Source: Hypanus sabinus (Eukaryota). From it: a stretch of DNA of 64,000 bases. This document shows positions 38,290-52,100 of the stretch, one piece after another; the first letter of the stretch is position 1; each line of letters begins with the position of its first letter. The stretch is from assembly GCF_030144855.1 (NCBI RefSeq), contig NC_082710.1, positions 183,644,001 to 183,708,000 on the forward strand, written 5' to 3'. The position numbers and the translations under genes were made by a program. The notes beneath the pieces are model-generated. The model was not told the origin of the DNA. It saw only the letters and a list, made by a program, of their open reading frames with translations, and did not search any database.

Positions 38290-39415
38290 GCCCTCTGGTC
38301 CTGGACTCCCCCACTACAGGAAACATCCTCTGCACACCCACTCTGTGTCCTCTGGTCCTAGACTCCCCCACTATAGGAAACATCCTCTCCACATCCACTC
38401 TGTGTCCTCTGGTCCTAGACTCCCCCACTATAGGAAACATCCTCTCCACATCCACTCTATCTGTCCCCTCTGGTCCTAGACTCCCCCCCCCCCATAGGAA
38501 ACATCCTCTCCACATCCACTCTATCTGTGTCCTCTGGTCCTAGACTCCCCCACTATAGGAAATATCCTCTCCACATCCACTCTATCTGTGTCCTCTGGTC
38601 CTAGACTCCCCCACTACAGGAAACATCCTCTCCACATCCACTCTATCTGTGTCCTCTGGTCCTAGACTCCCCCACTACAGGAAACATCCTCTCCACATCC
38701 ACTCTATCTGTGTCCTCTGGTCCTAGACTCCCCCACGATAGGAAACATCCTCTCCACACCCACTCTATCTGTGCCCTCTGGTCCTGGACTCCCCCACTAT
38801 AGGATGGTCCTGGACTCCCCCACTATAGGAAACATCCTCTCCACATCCACTCTATCTGTGTCCTCTGGTCCTAGACTCCCCCACTATAGGAAACATCCTC
38901 TCCACATCCAATCTATCTGTGTCGTCTGAACCTAGACTCCCCCACTACAGGAAACATCCTCTCCACATCCACTCTATCTGTGTCCTCTGGTCCTAGACTC
39001 CCCCACGATAGGAAACATCCTCTCCACACCCACTCTATCTGTGCCCTCTGGTCCTGGACTCCCCCACTATAGGATGGTCCTGGACTCCCCCACTATAGGA
39101 AACATCCTCTCCACATCCACTCTATCTGTGTCCTCTGGTCCTAGACTCCCCCACTATAGGAAACATCCTCTCCACATCCAATCTATCTGTGTCGTCTGAA
39201 CCTAGACTCCCCCACTATAGGAAACATCCTCTCCACATCCACTCTATCTGTGTCCTCTGGTCCTAGACTCCCCCACTATAGGAAACATCCTCTCCACATC
39301 CAATCTATCTGTGTCGTCTGAACCTAGACTCCCCCACTATAGGAAACATCCTCTCCACATCCACTCTATCTGTGCCCTCTGGTCCTGGACTCCCCCACTA
39401 TAGGAAACATCCTTT
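38290..39415 (-). repeat. Tandem array of a 61-bp (some 57-bp) CR1-derived unit (about 18 copies)
   Basis: Unit ctggtcctagactcccccactataggaaacatcctctccacatccactctatctgtgtcct; minus strand reads DRVDVERMFPIVGESRTRGH; CR1 flanks on both sides. Confidence 0.92.
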
Positions 39416-42309
39416 CCATGTCCACGCTATCTGGGCCTTTCAATTTTTGATAGGTTTAAATTAGATCCTCCCCATCCTCGAAACTCCAGCGACTGCAGGC
39501 CCAGCATCATCAAATGCTCCTCAAATATTCACCCTTTCATTCCTGCAATCATTCTCTGATCCTCCTCCAGTGTCAGCACTTCCCAAGTCTGCTCACTCTA
39601 CTCCAGGCGTGTCTGACCAATGCTGCTTAAAGCCTCAGAGCCACATTCTTGCTTTTGTAGTCTAATCCACTGAAAATGAAATGCTAACATTGCATTTCCT
39701 GCTGATTGCACCAACCGAGTCTTAAATATTGATAATGATTCAAAATCTGCTTATAGACCATCGAGTATAAAAACGATGTATTAGACCATAGGACACAAGG
39801 GCAGAATTAGGCCATTCAGCCCATCAAGTTCACTGTGCTATTCCATCATGGCTGATCCTGTATCCCACTCAACCCCATATACCTGCCTTCTTGATCTACG
39901 CTTTGATACCCTGACCGATCAGGAAACGATCAACTTCTGCCTGGGACTTTGCCTCCATCACAGTCTGTAGCAGAGCATTACACAGATTTACTGGCTATAT
40001 AAAAAAAAATGGTCATTACCTCCGTTCTAAATGGTCACGCCTCGAACTTGAGTCTGTGCCCTCTACTTCTGGATACCCCTACTCTAGGAAACACCCTCTC
40101 TAGTCTTTTCAACATTCAGTAGGTTGTAGGTACTTTGAGGTGGGGAGATTCTACAGAGCCTCCCTCCCACCTTCTCATGGATGGACAGCTAATGTTGGCC
40201 TTGCTATGCAAACCCGCACCTGTAACTCTATCCATCAGAGCACTGCAGCACTGAATCCAGTCCTTCCACCCATCTAGTCACCGCCCGTCCCAATGGTCTG
40301 CACCCGGACCAAAGCCTCCCATCCTGTGAGATGTTACATTAAAACAGGCAACCATCACCTCCACTGGAACTCATTCCACGTCTCACCACCCTCTGAGTGA
40401 AGAGGTTCCTCCTCAGGCTCCCCTTAAGTACTTCACCTTTCACCCTTAACCCATGACCTCCAGTTCTAGCCCTGCCCAACTTGCTTGCGTTGATCCTGTC
40501 TCTGTACCCCTCAGCATTTTATCTCCCTGGGCCAGATCTGGTGGAAAGATTCAGCAGGTCAGGGAGCACCTGTGGATCTGAAAGAGTCGACGATGTTTTG
40601 GGTCCAGACCGATAAAGGGAAAACAGCAGAGAGAGTGGTATCTGTGGGTGGCTCACCTCCCGGGAGCGTTACGTCCCCACTAAGGTGGGTGCAGAACCAT
40701 TGCAGGGGCACCCAGCTATTGTCCTGCTGTTGAACCGGGTGGGGTGACAGCGCACCTCAGCCTGTATAAACACTACATCAGCCAGTCAGAAATGTGTAGA
40801 GTATTTATTCACAAAATAACAGCTGCTATTTTACAGTTTAGAAATTGAGAAAAACACAATCCATCTCACAAGAGAGCTGGACTTTCAACATCCATGCAAC
40901 ACACACAAAATACTGGAGGAACTCAGCAGGCAAGGCAGCGTCTCTGTTAAAAAGCACAGTCGACGTTTCTGGCCGAGACCCCTCAGCAGGACTAGAGGAA
41001 AAAGATGAGGAGTCAAGAGTAAGGTGGGGGGGGGGGGAAGAAAAAAAACACAAGTTGATAGATAGGAAGGGATGAAGAAAAGAGTTGGGAAGTAACTGTT
41101 GAAGAAAAAGTGTGAGGAGCACCAGAGAGAGGTAACGGGCAGGCAAGGAGATAAGGTGAGAGGGGGAAATGGGTATTCCCAGAAGGTCGAGAAATCAGCT
41201 TCTCCAACCTCAGCGTGGCCTCATCATGGCAGGTCGGAATGGGAAGTGGAATTAAAATGGATTGCCACTGGGAGTTCCCTCTTCTTCTGCGACAAAGCAG
41301 TTTTCCAATCTACGCTGGATCTCACCGATATACAAAAGACAACACTATGAGCATGTGGATACAACAGATGACACCCGTGCTCTCACAGGTGAAGCGTCGC
41401 CTCACCTGGAAGGACTGTTTAGGGCCCTGGATGGTAGTGAGGGAGGAGGTGTAGAGGTAGATGAAGCACTTGTTCTGCTTGCAAGGATAAGTGGCAAGAT
41501 GGAGATCAGTGGGGTGGGACGAAAGGACAAGGGAGTCACGCAGGGACCGACCCCTGTGGAAAGCAGAAAGTGGAGGGAAGGGGTGCTTGGTGGTGGGATC
41601 CCGTTGGAGTTGGCGGAAGTTACGGAGAATTATGCGCTAGGCGCGGAGGCTGGTAGGCGAGGACAGGAGGAGCCTTATCCCTGGTGGGGCGGCAGGAGGA
41701 TGGGGTGAGGGCAGATGTGCGCAAAATGGAAGAGATGCAGTTGAGGGCAGCGCTGATGGTGGAGGAAGGGAAACCTTTGGAATGTGGGAGGCAACAAGAA
41801 AACCTGGAGGAAACCTACTGGTCTGTGGTTCGTTTTTACACATCTATACTCGTCTCCTCCTACAGAAGAGCAGTAGACAGCACCCCAACATGCTGCATCA
41901 GTACTTGGTACAAAAACTCTACAGTGGCAGACAGAAAGGCTCCACAGCTGGTAATCAAAATTGCCCAAAGCATCACTGGCACTCGCCTACCACCCCCAAG
42001 GATACACACACAGCAACATCATGACGAATCCCATCCATCTGCCCCCACCCCCACCAAATAACAGATGCCACAGTACTGTAGCAGTCAAACACAACTGCTT
42101 TACTACGTTATCAGTCTCTAATTGCCGTTTGATTCCTGCTGCTGTCTGTCGTACTTTCTCCCCATGGCCCTATGTTTCCTCCAGGTTGTCTCATTTCCTT
42201 CCACATTCCCAACATGTTACTAAGTTCAGGACGTGCTATGCGGACACCAGAAGCTTGTCTATACTTGCAGGCACAGCCCTCGCTGATCTGATTTTATGCA
42301 AACTATGGA

Positions 42310-42800
42310 TTTCACTCTATGTCTTTATGTAATTCCTCCAAGGGGACCTCAGCCTTGTCGTAGGGTTCAGAGACTTGTGTGCCTCAATGACCCGGAGAGC
42401 TACGTGGGCTGGACTCAGAGCCTCTTGGTAGGGCCACCCAAGCCAAACAGGTAAAAGGACACAGGCCAGACCAAGAGCGATCCACTGGTCTTGCGGGTTT
42501 AGGTGTTCAGCTCAGGGCTAACAACCCAGTCTGGTCAAAAAGTATTGTTCTGAAATGAAGAACCCCGAGACTCCATGACTGGCAGCAGTGAAAACCAGGG
42601 AAAGCTACTGTCACGATGAAGGAAGCCCTGAACACCGGCAGAGATCGAGCTTCATTTGACCCCTGAAGGACAACTTGGTACCATACCATCAGGGCTGAAA
42701 TGAGGACCCTGGGGCACAGCAGAGAGGACAGCCAAGGACAGAGAGAGGTGGAAAATCTTTATTACTGCCCTGGATGCCAGCAGTGACCAACTAACAGTAA
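42310..42800 (+). mobile_element. RTE-type LINE remnant (5' and 3' pieces)
   Basis: RTE-like 5' region and 3' piece (gacagagagaggtggaaaatctttattactgccc); recognised by eye. Confidence 0.5.
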
Positions 42801-43171
42801 CGAACTAACTGCTGGGAGGCCAGGCGTAAAGTGCTGACAAGACCGGAAAGGAAGGGGGCAGAAGCCAGAATAAGGTGGGGTGAGAGGGAAGGAGTACAAA
42901 GCAGGAATGGAAAGCCACCTGAGACCCTGCCTCTTCGGGCAGACAGTGAAGGTGCTCAGATGGACAAGATGCTGGAGGGGCTCAGCAAGTCAAGGTGTCC
43001 AAACCAGTGCCCAAAATTTGGAGTCAAGGATGCGGATGGCTTGGTTGGTCAACAAGGCATAAGATAATGCAGTTGGCACTGGAGAGTGTGGGAAAGACCA
43101 GAACATTTCTGGCCATAGTCACTGGTTCGCATAGATGAGTTGGTTGGGGATGCCCAAACAGCACGAACTCT

Positions 43172-43713
43172 TTATGCTGAAGGAGCAACTTTACAAATCT
43201 TCAGAGACACTCCCTTCTTTGGGAGGTGGAAGAAGGGGAATAATATCATCCCCTTGAAAGGGCACTTTTCAAATGTATGGAGATGAGAGTTTGTCTCAGT
43301 ATCGTAGAACAACACCTTTCCCTCACTGTAGTTGACATATATCCCAATCACCTGTATCTTCTCCTGGACCCACGGTTTGATGGAGATCTGTACATTGGTG
43401 CTGTTGTTGACTCTGAACTCCTTCTCATGACATCCAATGGTCCAGAATCCATTATCTGGACTCAAAGGTATCTCCCCCTGCCTCGCTGTCTTATCCAAGG
43501 CCACTCCCAGGTCCCATTCCGAGTTTCTTTCCACTTCCACCTCCCAAAAGTGTCTGCCGGAGCTGAATCCTTCCTTTCCCAACACCGCTGATATGGACCC
43601 AAACCCCTTGCTGCTTTCAGCAGGAATCCCCTGCCTGACGTGGCTCACAATGGTCAGATCAGGAGATACATCCAGGTTCGGGTGTGCAGCCTCAAGGTTC
43701 AGTGTCACAGAAA
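43172..43713 (-). CDS. BTN-like gene 3, terminal B30.2 (PRY-SPRY) exon
   Basis: Acceptor ccttctcctttccaccctattag, phase 1. Encodes (V)SVTLNLEAAHPNL..S.D...AVLGKEGFSSGRHFWEVEV...WDLGVA...LSPDNGFW...IGIYVNYSEGKVLFYD...HLHTF...PFF...LKIC; open to stop. Confidence 0.95.
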
Positions 43714-44627
43714 CTAATAGGGTGGAAAGGAGAAGGAAATGTTCAAGGCAAGATGATGAGAGTTAACCAACATCAACATTTTACCCCTCTAACCCTGGGG
43801 CGTATTCTACTCCCTGCAGAACGTGCAGGAATTCTAGGATTGAAATCTAGGGTGTTCGATCAGGTTTGTGGTGGAGAAAGGCCAGTGGAGGGTGGACTCT
43901 GTTGGTCAGGGATGACCATGGGTGATGCGTTGAACCACGCAGCTGATGAATCCAAAGGAACGGCAGAGACTGCTATGGTTTGGCACAGGAGTTGCCTGCC
44001 AGTATTGAACTCCAGGGCTGCCTAATGGACTCGAGCTCCGGATTCCACCCCTCCCACCCCTCGGGACTCACTCCCAAAGCCTTCTCCATGAGCGGGTATA
44101 GCCTCAAGGCAGCGCAGGCTTGAGATCAGAGTTTTCCTGCTCTTAGATGGAAAACCCCAGCATTTCTGCATGGAGTGCCAGGAACCTGCCTCTGCCCCTT
44201 CTCCTGTCAGTAGAAACTGCTCCCCCAGGCTTAATAGCTGAGCCACACGCGAGGGCCAGGAGCTGGATTTCGTTGCCAGAGGCTATTTGAGACGCACGCC
44301 ACTGGGAGCTTTTAATAGGTAGTTGGACCTTATCCCCACTATACCCCCCTGCCCTGGCTGTAACAGCTTTAAGGAACCGGTGGGTGGGGTGGGAATGAAC
44401 AGGTTATTCACATAGCAAACAGGTTTTAACGATCTGGGAAAGGGCCTTGAACCACATTCAACATCAATTTCCCAAAGGAGAAGTGGATAAAGGTGGGAAG
44501 CTGAGATTTCCAGGGGAGAGATCAGCACAGGCTGAATGGATCACAGCGACCATCCCTCCGTGAGGTTGTAATGGAAAGTCACCGACACGCACAATCCAGC
44601 CAAGACATTCTGAGCAGAAGATCTTAC

Positions 44628-44654
44628 CAGCAACTCTTTTAATTCTTTTAATGG
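44628..44654 (-). CDS. Gene 3 micro-exon (27 nt), (A)IKRIKRVA
   Basis: tttttcttttaactttcag | ccattaaaagaattaaaagagttgctg | gtaaga; phase 1-1. Confidence 0.78.
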
Positions 44655-45317
44655 CTGAAAGTTAAAAGAAAAAGGATTAATATGATCCACTGCTGACTCA
44701 GAATCTGGGTAATTATCACAGGAAATTGGTTGCTTTGTGGCAACAGTACACTGACAACGGGCGGGCAGATTGACAGATGGAACAAAAGGTGATGAACACT
44801 GAGGTAGACATAGCCGAAGGGTCCCCTATCTCTATTCCCAGGACAGCAAAGTGAGACTCTGCTCCACCCAATCAGACGGGGAGGGGTTCACTACTGAAGT
44901 CCTGGAGTAGGCTCCCATGTTGCAGAAACCACGGCCACCCAACTGGAGCAGTGGAAGTTGGGATGCAAGTTTGATGGGACATGTGGTGACATGGATGGGT
45001 GACAGGATTTCAGCTGCTGGGATGGATATCTGTAGATACCGACTAAAGTTTAACAAGGCCAAACACCAAGGGGCAAGATTTTGCTAAAATGTTGAACTGT
45101 GGGCAGCAGCATCGTTAACTTTGATGGTGGTCACACTATTTAAGTAGTCTCCATGGCAATAAACGTCATCTGGAACCCGACACAGCTACCTGGTGTCAGG
45201 GGCACAGGGGACAGGTTCCCCTTCAATTTCCACTCCAAGTCAAATCCCACCACTGTCACTGGGTCCATCTCCTGTGCCTCACCCCAACCCACCTCCTGTA
45301 CATATCGCGAGACTTAC

Positions 45318-45344
45318 CCATTTTTGGGAGAATACGTATCTCTC
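45318..45344 (-). CDS. Gene 3 micro-exon (27 nt), (G)EIRILPKM
   Basis: ccttttatctttcag | gagagatacgtattctcccaaaaatgg | gtaagt; phase 1-1. Confidence 0.75.
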
Positions 45345-45529
45345 CTGAAAGATAAAAGGCCAAGTGTTAAAAAGATCCACACAACTTCAAGTTTCCAGGT
45401 GTCACCATGTCTGAGGATCTACCCTTGATGCAAATATGGAAAAGGTGCAGCAGCAGCTGGATTTCATTAGGAGGTTGAGCAGATTTAATGTGTCACCAAA
45501 GATACTCAGCAAGACCAAGAAATTGCTTA

Positions 45530-47080
45530 TGGACCATCAGGAGGAAGTCGAGGGAAACAGCAGCAGGAGTGGCCGTCCAGCCTGCTCTGACCAATATCCA
45601 CTTACCTGCCTTTTCCCAGAACCCTCAATTCCCCTGCAAAAATCTATCCAACCTTGTCTTAAATGTATTTACTGAGAGAGCCTCCACCGCTTCATTGGGC
45701 AGAGAATCAGGGAAGGCAGTTCCTCCTCATCTCCATCCTAAATCTACTGAGGCTACGTCCCCTAGTTCTAGTCTCACCTACCAGTGGAAACAACTTTCCT
45801 GTCTCCATCTTATCTACCCCTTTCATAATTTTATATGTTTCTACGAGACCTCTCCTCAGTCTTCTGAATTCCAGAGAGTATAGTCCCAGTGACTTAATCT
45901 CTCCTCATTGTCTAACCCCTTCATCTCTGGAATCAACCTGGTGAACCTGCTCTGCACCACCTCCAAAGCCAGTATATCCTTCCTCAAGTATGGAGACCAG
46001 AACTGCATGTAGTACTCCAGGTGCGGCCTCACCAGTACCCTGTATAGTTGCAGCATGACCTCCCTGCTCTTGAATTCAATCCCTCTAGCAATGAAGGCCA
46101 AGATTCCACTTGCCTTCTTGGTTTGCTGCACCTGCAAACCAATCTTTTGCGATTCATACACAAGCACTCCCAAGTCCCTCTGCACAGCAGCATGCTGCAG
46201 TCTTTTACCATTTAAATAATAATCTGCTCTTCCATTTTGCCTTCCAAAGTGGATGATCTCGCATTTTCCAACATTGTTCTTCTTAACCTATCTATATCTC
46301 TCTGGACTCTCCGTATTTTCTGCGCAATTTGCTTCTCCACTCAACTTAGCGTCATCAGCAAACTTAGATACACTACACTCGGCCCCCTCTTCCAGATTGT
46401 TAATGTATATCGTGAACAGTTGCAGGCCCAGCACCGACCCCTGTGCCACACCGCTCACCGCTGACTGCCAACCAGAGTAACACCCATATATCCCGACTCT
46501 CTGCTTTCTACTGGTTAACCAATCCTCTATCCATACTAATACATCAACCCCAACTCTATGCATCCTTATCATATAGGTAAGTCTTAAATGTGGCACCCTA
46601 TTGAACGCCTTCTGGAAATTCAAGTAAATCCTGTCCTCTCTATCCAGTGTGCTCCTTATATCCTCAAACAGGACCTGCCTTTGCTGAATCCTTGCTGTGT
46701 CTGCCTGATGAATCCATTTCTTTCCAGGTGTCTCGCTAATTCTTCTTTAACGATAGTTTCAAGTATTTTCCTAACTACAGATGTTAACTAAGTGGCCTAT
46801 AGTTACCTGCCTTTTGTCTATATCCTTTTTTGAACAGTGGCCTGACGTTCGCCTTCTCCCAGTCCATCAGGATCTGCCCAGTCCAGAGAATTTTGGTAAT
46901 CATCACCAAAGCCTCCACTCTAGCTTCTGCCATTTCTTTCAGTATTCTGGGACACAGTCCATCAGGGCTAGGGGACTTATCCATCTTCAGGCCCACTAGT
47001 TTGCTCAATACTACCTCTTTAGTGATAGCTATTGTATCGATCCCACTGCATTCATAACATCTCTGATGTGTCCTCCACTG
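45530..47080 (-). mobile_element. CR1 LINE ORF2 and 3' end
   Basis: Translations KSPSPDGL.PRILKE..., FQKAF.RVPH...SGVAQGSVLG..FADDAKL and RPHLEY..QFWSPY. Confidence 0.9.
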
Positions 47081-47099
47081 TGAAGAGGCACATACTGTA

Positions 47100-47858
47100 C
47101 AGTTGGCCCTCCTTATCCTGGGGGATTGGTTCCAAGACGCCCCCCCCCCCCCCCCGCGGATACTAAAAAACGCGGAGGCCCAAGTCCCTTATTTAACCCC
47201 GGACTTTATTTAACCGGTCTCAGTGCAGTGGACATTAGGACCTGCTGGCGCAACTCTGAGTCCGCAATGTTTCTGTTCACAAAGATAATCACAATCACGA
47301 TTGAAAATAAGGTGGAAGTAATAAAGCGATCAAAAAGAGGTGAAACGCCATCGGTCATTGGAAAAGCGTTAGGCTACAGTCGGTCAACGACCGGAACAAT
47401 TTTAATGGAGCATGTGAAAGGCCCTGCCCCAATGAAAGCTACGATTATCACTAAGCAACGCAGTGGTTTAATTATTGAAATATGTATGCTTCTTAAGTGT
47501 TTTATATGCATAAGAAGGTAAAATATGTACTATCGAAGAACTTTCGACAAACTGACGCTAAATAATACCAGATGTACCCATTCCGACTTCAAATCCGACT
47601 TAAAGATGGACTCAGGAACGGAACTCATTCATTACCTGGGGACNNNNNNNNNNNNNNNNNNNNNNNNNNNNNNNNNNNNNNNNNNNNNNNNNNNNNNNNN
47701 NNNNNNNNNNNNNNNNNNNNNNNNNNNNNNNNNNNNNNNNNNNNNNNNNNNNNNNNNNNNNNNNNNNNNNNNNNNNNNGTTCTGGAGAGAGAACTTTGGG
47801 TTTTCTGCGGTTGGTTGAATGCACGCATGCAGAACCCACGGATAAGGAGGGCCGACTG
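47100..47858 (+). mobile_element. pogo/Tigger-like DNA transposon remnant spanning the assembly gap
   Basis: TIRs TA|CAGTTGGCCCTCCTTATCC and GGATAAGGAGGGCCGACTG; HTH-like ITIENKVEVIKRSKRGETPSVIGKALGYSRSTTGTIL. Confidence 0.75.
47644..47778. other. Assembly gap (135 N)
   Basis: Run of N characters. Confidence 1.
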
Positions 47859-48446
47859 TGTATATAGCCAGGGTGCCTGAGACTTTTGCACAGTACTGTA
47901 CTTGTCAATGTGGAGCGGACAGCCAGTTTGTAAATCAGAAGCAAGATATGTTGAGAGTGGTGAGGGTGGAGCGCCACAGTAGGGGTGTGGGACAGGTGGC
48001 AGAGAAGGCGTGCTGGGGGGGGGGGGGGCAAGGGGGTAGTCAAGCCAGGCCGTGAGACACCAGACAAGGTCATTTGATTCCAAATAACTGGTTTACTGAT
48101 CATTACAGAATGTCTCTCTGGTGCTACACACTCCCTCCCTCTCCCTGCCCCCTTCCACCATACAGACCCATATCAGATTCAGGTTACTCACACCAGTCAT
48201 GAAATTTGTGACAGCTGTTCAGTGCAATACATAAAATTACTACAGTACTGTGCAGAAGCCTTAGACACCCTGACTATATACATGTGCCTGGCTTTTGCAC
48301 ATTTTATATGTAAATCAGTGAAATATTCATTTTCTTATGTGTTGCATGACAGATATCAAACCGGACTCAAGCACCGTTCATTACGGACAGTGCGAGACAA
48401 AACAGCGGATGGGAGGGGCAGCAAAACCCCTCAGGCAACATCTTAC

Positions 48447-48467
48447 CTAGATCCTTATGCAGCGTAC
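48447..48467 (-). CDS. Gene 3 micro-exon (21 nt), (G)TLHKDL
   Basis: gtcttttcttgtcag | gtacgctgcataaggatctag | gtaaga; phase 1-1. Confidence 0.75.
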   Translation of the reverse strand, partial: VRCIRI

Positions 48468-49191
48468 CTGACAAGAAAAGACACTGAGATTACTCCACAT
48501 CAATCACAGATTCCACCCCCCCCCCCCAGCAACTTTGGAATGTGGAGGAAACCCACGCGGCCACGGGGAGAAAGTTCAAAATCCACACAGACCATGGCGG
48601 GAATCGAATCTGGGTCGGTGATAGTTGGCACCGTAAAACTTTGCGCTAACCGCAATGCTGCTGAGTGTACATATTACGATGCAGAGCTCAAATCCCCGGC
48701 ACCCACCGCACAGTACAATGGAAATGCACTGATACAGTCGCCTACCGTACAGAGACTTCTCAGACCCATAGTCCTGGGACATGGGAGTCGGTGGCATTCT
48801 TTAAAGCATAAGACATAGGGGCAGATTTATTTTTCCTTTTAACCCCTTTCTCCTGCCTTCTCCTTGTAATCTTTGACGACCTGATTAATCTCTGCTTTAG
48901 ATATACCCAACGACTTGGCCCTCTCAGGCATCTGTGGCAATAAATTCCACAAAATCAGCACAGTCGAGCAAAAGGATGCCCTCCTTGCCTCTGTTCTAAT
49001 GGGATGTCCCTGTATTTTGAGACGTTGCTTTTGGTCCTGGACACCCCCACCAGAGGAAACATCCTCTCCACATCCACACTATCTAGGCCTTTCAGTATTA
49101 GGTAGATTTCAAGGAGACCCTTAAATTCCAGCAAACTCAGGGGCCACAAGAAAATGTTGCAGCTCTATAAAACCCTGGACTGTGCAGAAGT

Positions 49192-52100
49192 TCACCAGGA
49201 AGCTGCCTGGATTAGAGAGGGTGCAGAGGAGATTTACCAGGATGCTGCCTGGATTAGAGAGGGTGCAGAGGAGATTCACCAGGATGCTGCCTGGATTAGA
49301 GAGGGTGCAGAGGAGATTTACCAGGATGCTGCCTGGATTAGAGAGGGTGCAGAGGAGATTCACCAGGATGCTGCCTGGATTAGAGAGGGTGCAGAGGAGA
49401 TTCACCAGGATGCTGCCTGGATTAGAGAGGGTGCAGAGGAGATTCACCAGGATGCTGCCTGGATTAGAGAGGGTGCAGAGGAGATTTACCAGGATGCTGC
49501 CTGGATTAGAGAGGGTGCAGAGGAGATTCACCAGGATGCTGCCTGGATTAGAGAGGGTGCAGAGGAGATTCACCAGGATGCTGCCTGGATTAGAGAGGGT
49601 GCAGAGGAGATTCACCAGGATGCTGCCTGGATTAGAGAGGGTGCAGAGGAGATTCACCAGGATGCTGCCTGGATTAGAGAGGGTGCAGAGGAGATTTACC
49701 AGGATGCTGCCTGGATTAGAGAGGGTGCAGAGGAGATTCACCAGGATGCTGCCTGGATTAAAGAGGGTGTAGAGGAGATTTACCAGGATGCTGCCTGGAT
49801 TGGAGAGGGTGCAGAGGAGATTCACCAGGATGCTGCCTGGATTAGAGAGGGTGCAGAGGAGATTCACCAGGATGCTGCTGGATTAGAGAGGGTGCAGAGG
49901 AGATTCACCAGGATGCTGCCTGGATTAGAGAGGGTGCAGAGGAGATTCACCAGGATGCTGCCTGGATTAGAGAGGGTGCAGAGGAGATTCACCAGGATGC
50001 TGCCTGGATTAGAGAGGGTGCAGAGGAGATTCACCAGGGTGCTGCCTGGATTAGAGAGGGTGCAGAGGTTCACCAGGACGCTGTCTGGATTAGAGAGGGT
50101 GCAGAGGAGATTCACCAGGACGCTGTCTGGATTAGAGGGTGTAGAGGAGATTCACCACGATGCTGCCTGGATTAGAGAGGGTGCAGAGGAGATTCACCAG
50201 GACGCTGCCTGGATTAGAGAGGGTGCAGAGGAGATTCACCACGATGCTGCCTGGATTAGAGAGGGTGCAGAGGAGATTCACCAGGACGCTGCCTGGATTA
50301 GAGAGGGTGCAGAGGAGATTCACCAGGACGCTGTCTGGATTAGAGAGGGTGCAGAGGAGATTCACCAGGACGCTGTCTGGATTAGAGAGGGTGCAGAGGA
50401 GATTCATCAGGATGCTGCCTGGATTAGAGAGGGTGCAGAGGAGATTCACCAGGACGCTGTCTGGATTAGAGAGGGTGCAGAGGAGATTCACCAGGATGCT
50501 GCCTGGATTAGAGAGGGTGCAGAGGAGATTCACCAGGATGCTGCCTGGATTAGAGAGGGTGCAGAGGAGATTCACCAGGACGCTGTCTGGATTAGAGAGG
50601 GTGCAGAGGAGATTCACCAGGACGCTGTCTGGATTAGAGAGGGTGCAGAGGAGATTCACCAGGACGCTATCTGGATTAGAGAGGGTGCAGAGGTTCACCA
50701 GGACGCTGTCTGGATTAGAGAGGGTGCAGAGGAGATTCACCAGGACGCTGTCTGGATTAGAGGGTGTAGAGGAGATTCACCACGATGCTGCCTGGATTAG
50801 AGAGGGTGCAGAGGAGATTCACCAGGACGCTGCCTGGATTAGAGAGGGTGCAGAGGAGATTCACCACGATGCTGCCTGGATTAGAGAGGGTGCAGAGGAG
50901 ATTCACCAGGACGCTGCCTGGATTAGAGAGGGTGCAGAGGAGATTCACCAGGACGCTGTCTGGATTAGAGAGGGTGCAGAGGAGATTCACCAGGACGCTG
51001 TCTGGATTAGAGAGGGTGCAGAGGAGATTCATCAGGATGCTGCCTGGATTAGAGAGGGTGCAGAGGAGATTCACCAGGACGCTGTCTGGATTAGAGAGGG
51101 TGCAGAGGAGATTCACCAGGATGCTGCCTGGATTAGAGAGGGTGCAGAGGAGATTCACCAGGATGCTGCCTGGATTAGAGAGGGTGCAGAGGAGATTCAC
51201 CAGGACGCTGTCTGGATTAGAGAGGGTGCAGAGGAGATTCACCAGGACGCTGCCTGGATTAGAGAGGGTACAGAGGAGATTCACCAGGACGCTGTCTGGA
51301 TTAGAGAGGGTGCAGAGGAGATTCACCAGGACGCTGTCTGGATTAGAGAGGGTGCAGAGGAGATTCACCAGGATGCTGCCTGGATTAGAGAGGGTGCAGA
51401 GGAGATTCACCAGGACGCTGTCTGGATTAGAGAGGTTGCAGAGGAGATTCACCAGGATGCTGTCTGGATTAGAGAGGGTGCAGAGGAGATTCACCAGGAC
51501 GCTGTCTGGATTAGTGCAGAGGAGATTCACCAGGATGCTGTCTGGATTAGAGAGGGTGCAGAGGAGATTCACCAGGACGCTGTCTGGATTAGAGAGTGTG
51601 CAGAGGAGATTCACCAGGACGCTGACTGGATTAGAGAGGGTGCAGAGGAGATTTACCAGGATGCTGCCTGGATTAGAGAGGGTGCAGAGGAGATTCACCA
51701 GGATGCTGCCTGGATTAGAGAGGGTGCAGAGGAGATTCACCAGGATGCTGCCTGGATTAGAGAGGGTGCAGAGGAGATTCACCAGGGTGCTGCCTGGATT
51801 AGAGAGGGTGCAGAGGTTCACCAGGACGCTGTCTGGATTAGAGAGGGTGCAGAGGAGATTCACCAGGATGCTGCCTGGATTAGAGAGGGTGCAGAGGAGA
51901 TTCACCAGGATGCTGCCTGGATTAGAGAGGGTGCAGAGGAGATTCACCAGGACGCTGTCTGGATTAGAGAGTGTGCAGAGGAGATTCACCAGGACGCTGA
52001 CTGGATTAGAGAGGGTGCAGAGGAGATTTACCAGGATGCTGCCTGGATTAGAGAGGGTGCAGAGGAGATTCACCAGGATGCTGCCTGGATTAGAGAGGGT

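Noticed and set aside
42758-42763. AATAAA (minus strand) as the gene 3 poly(A) signal
   Set aside because: It lies within an RTE-type repeat and cannot be assigned without 3'-end data.
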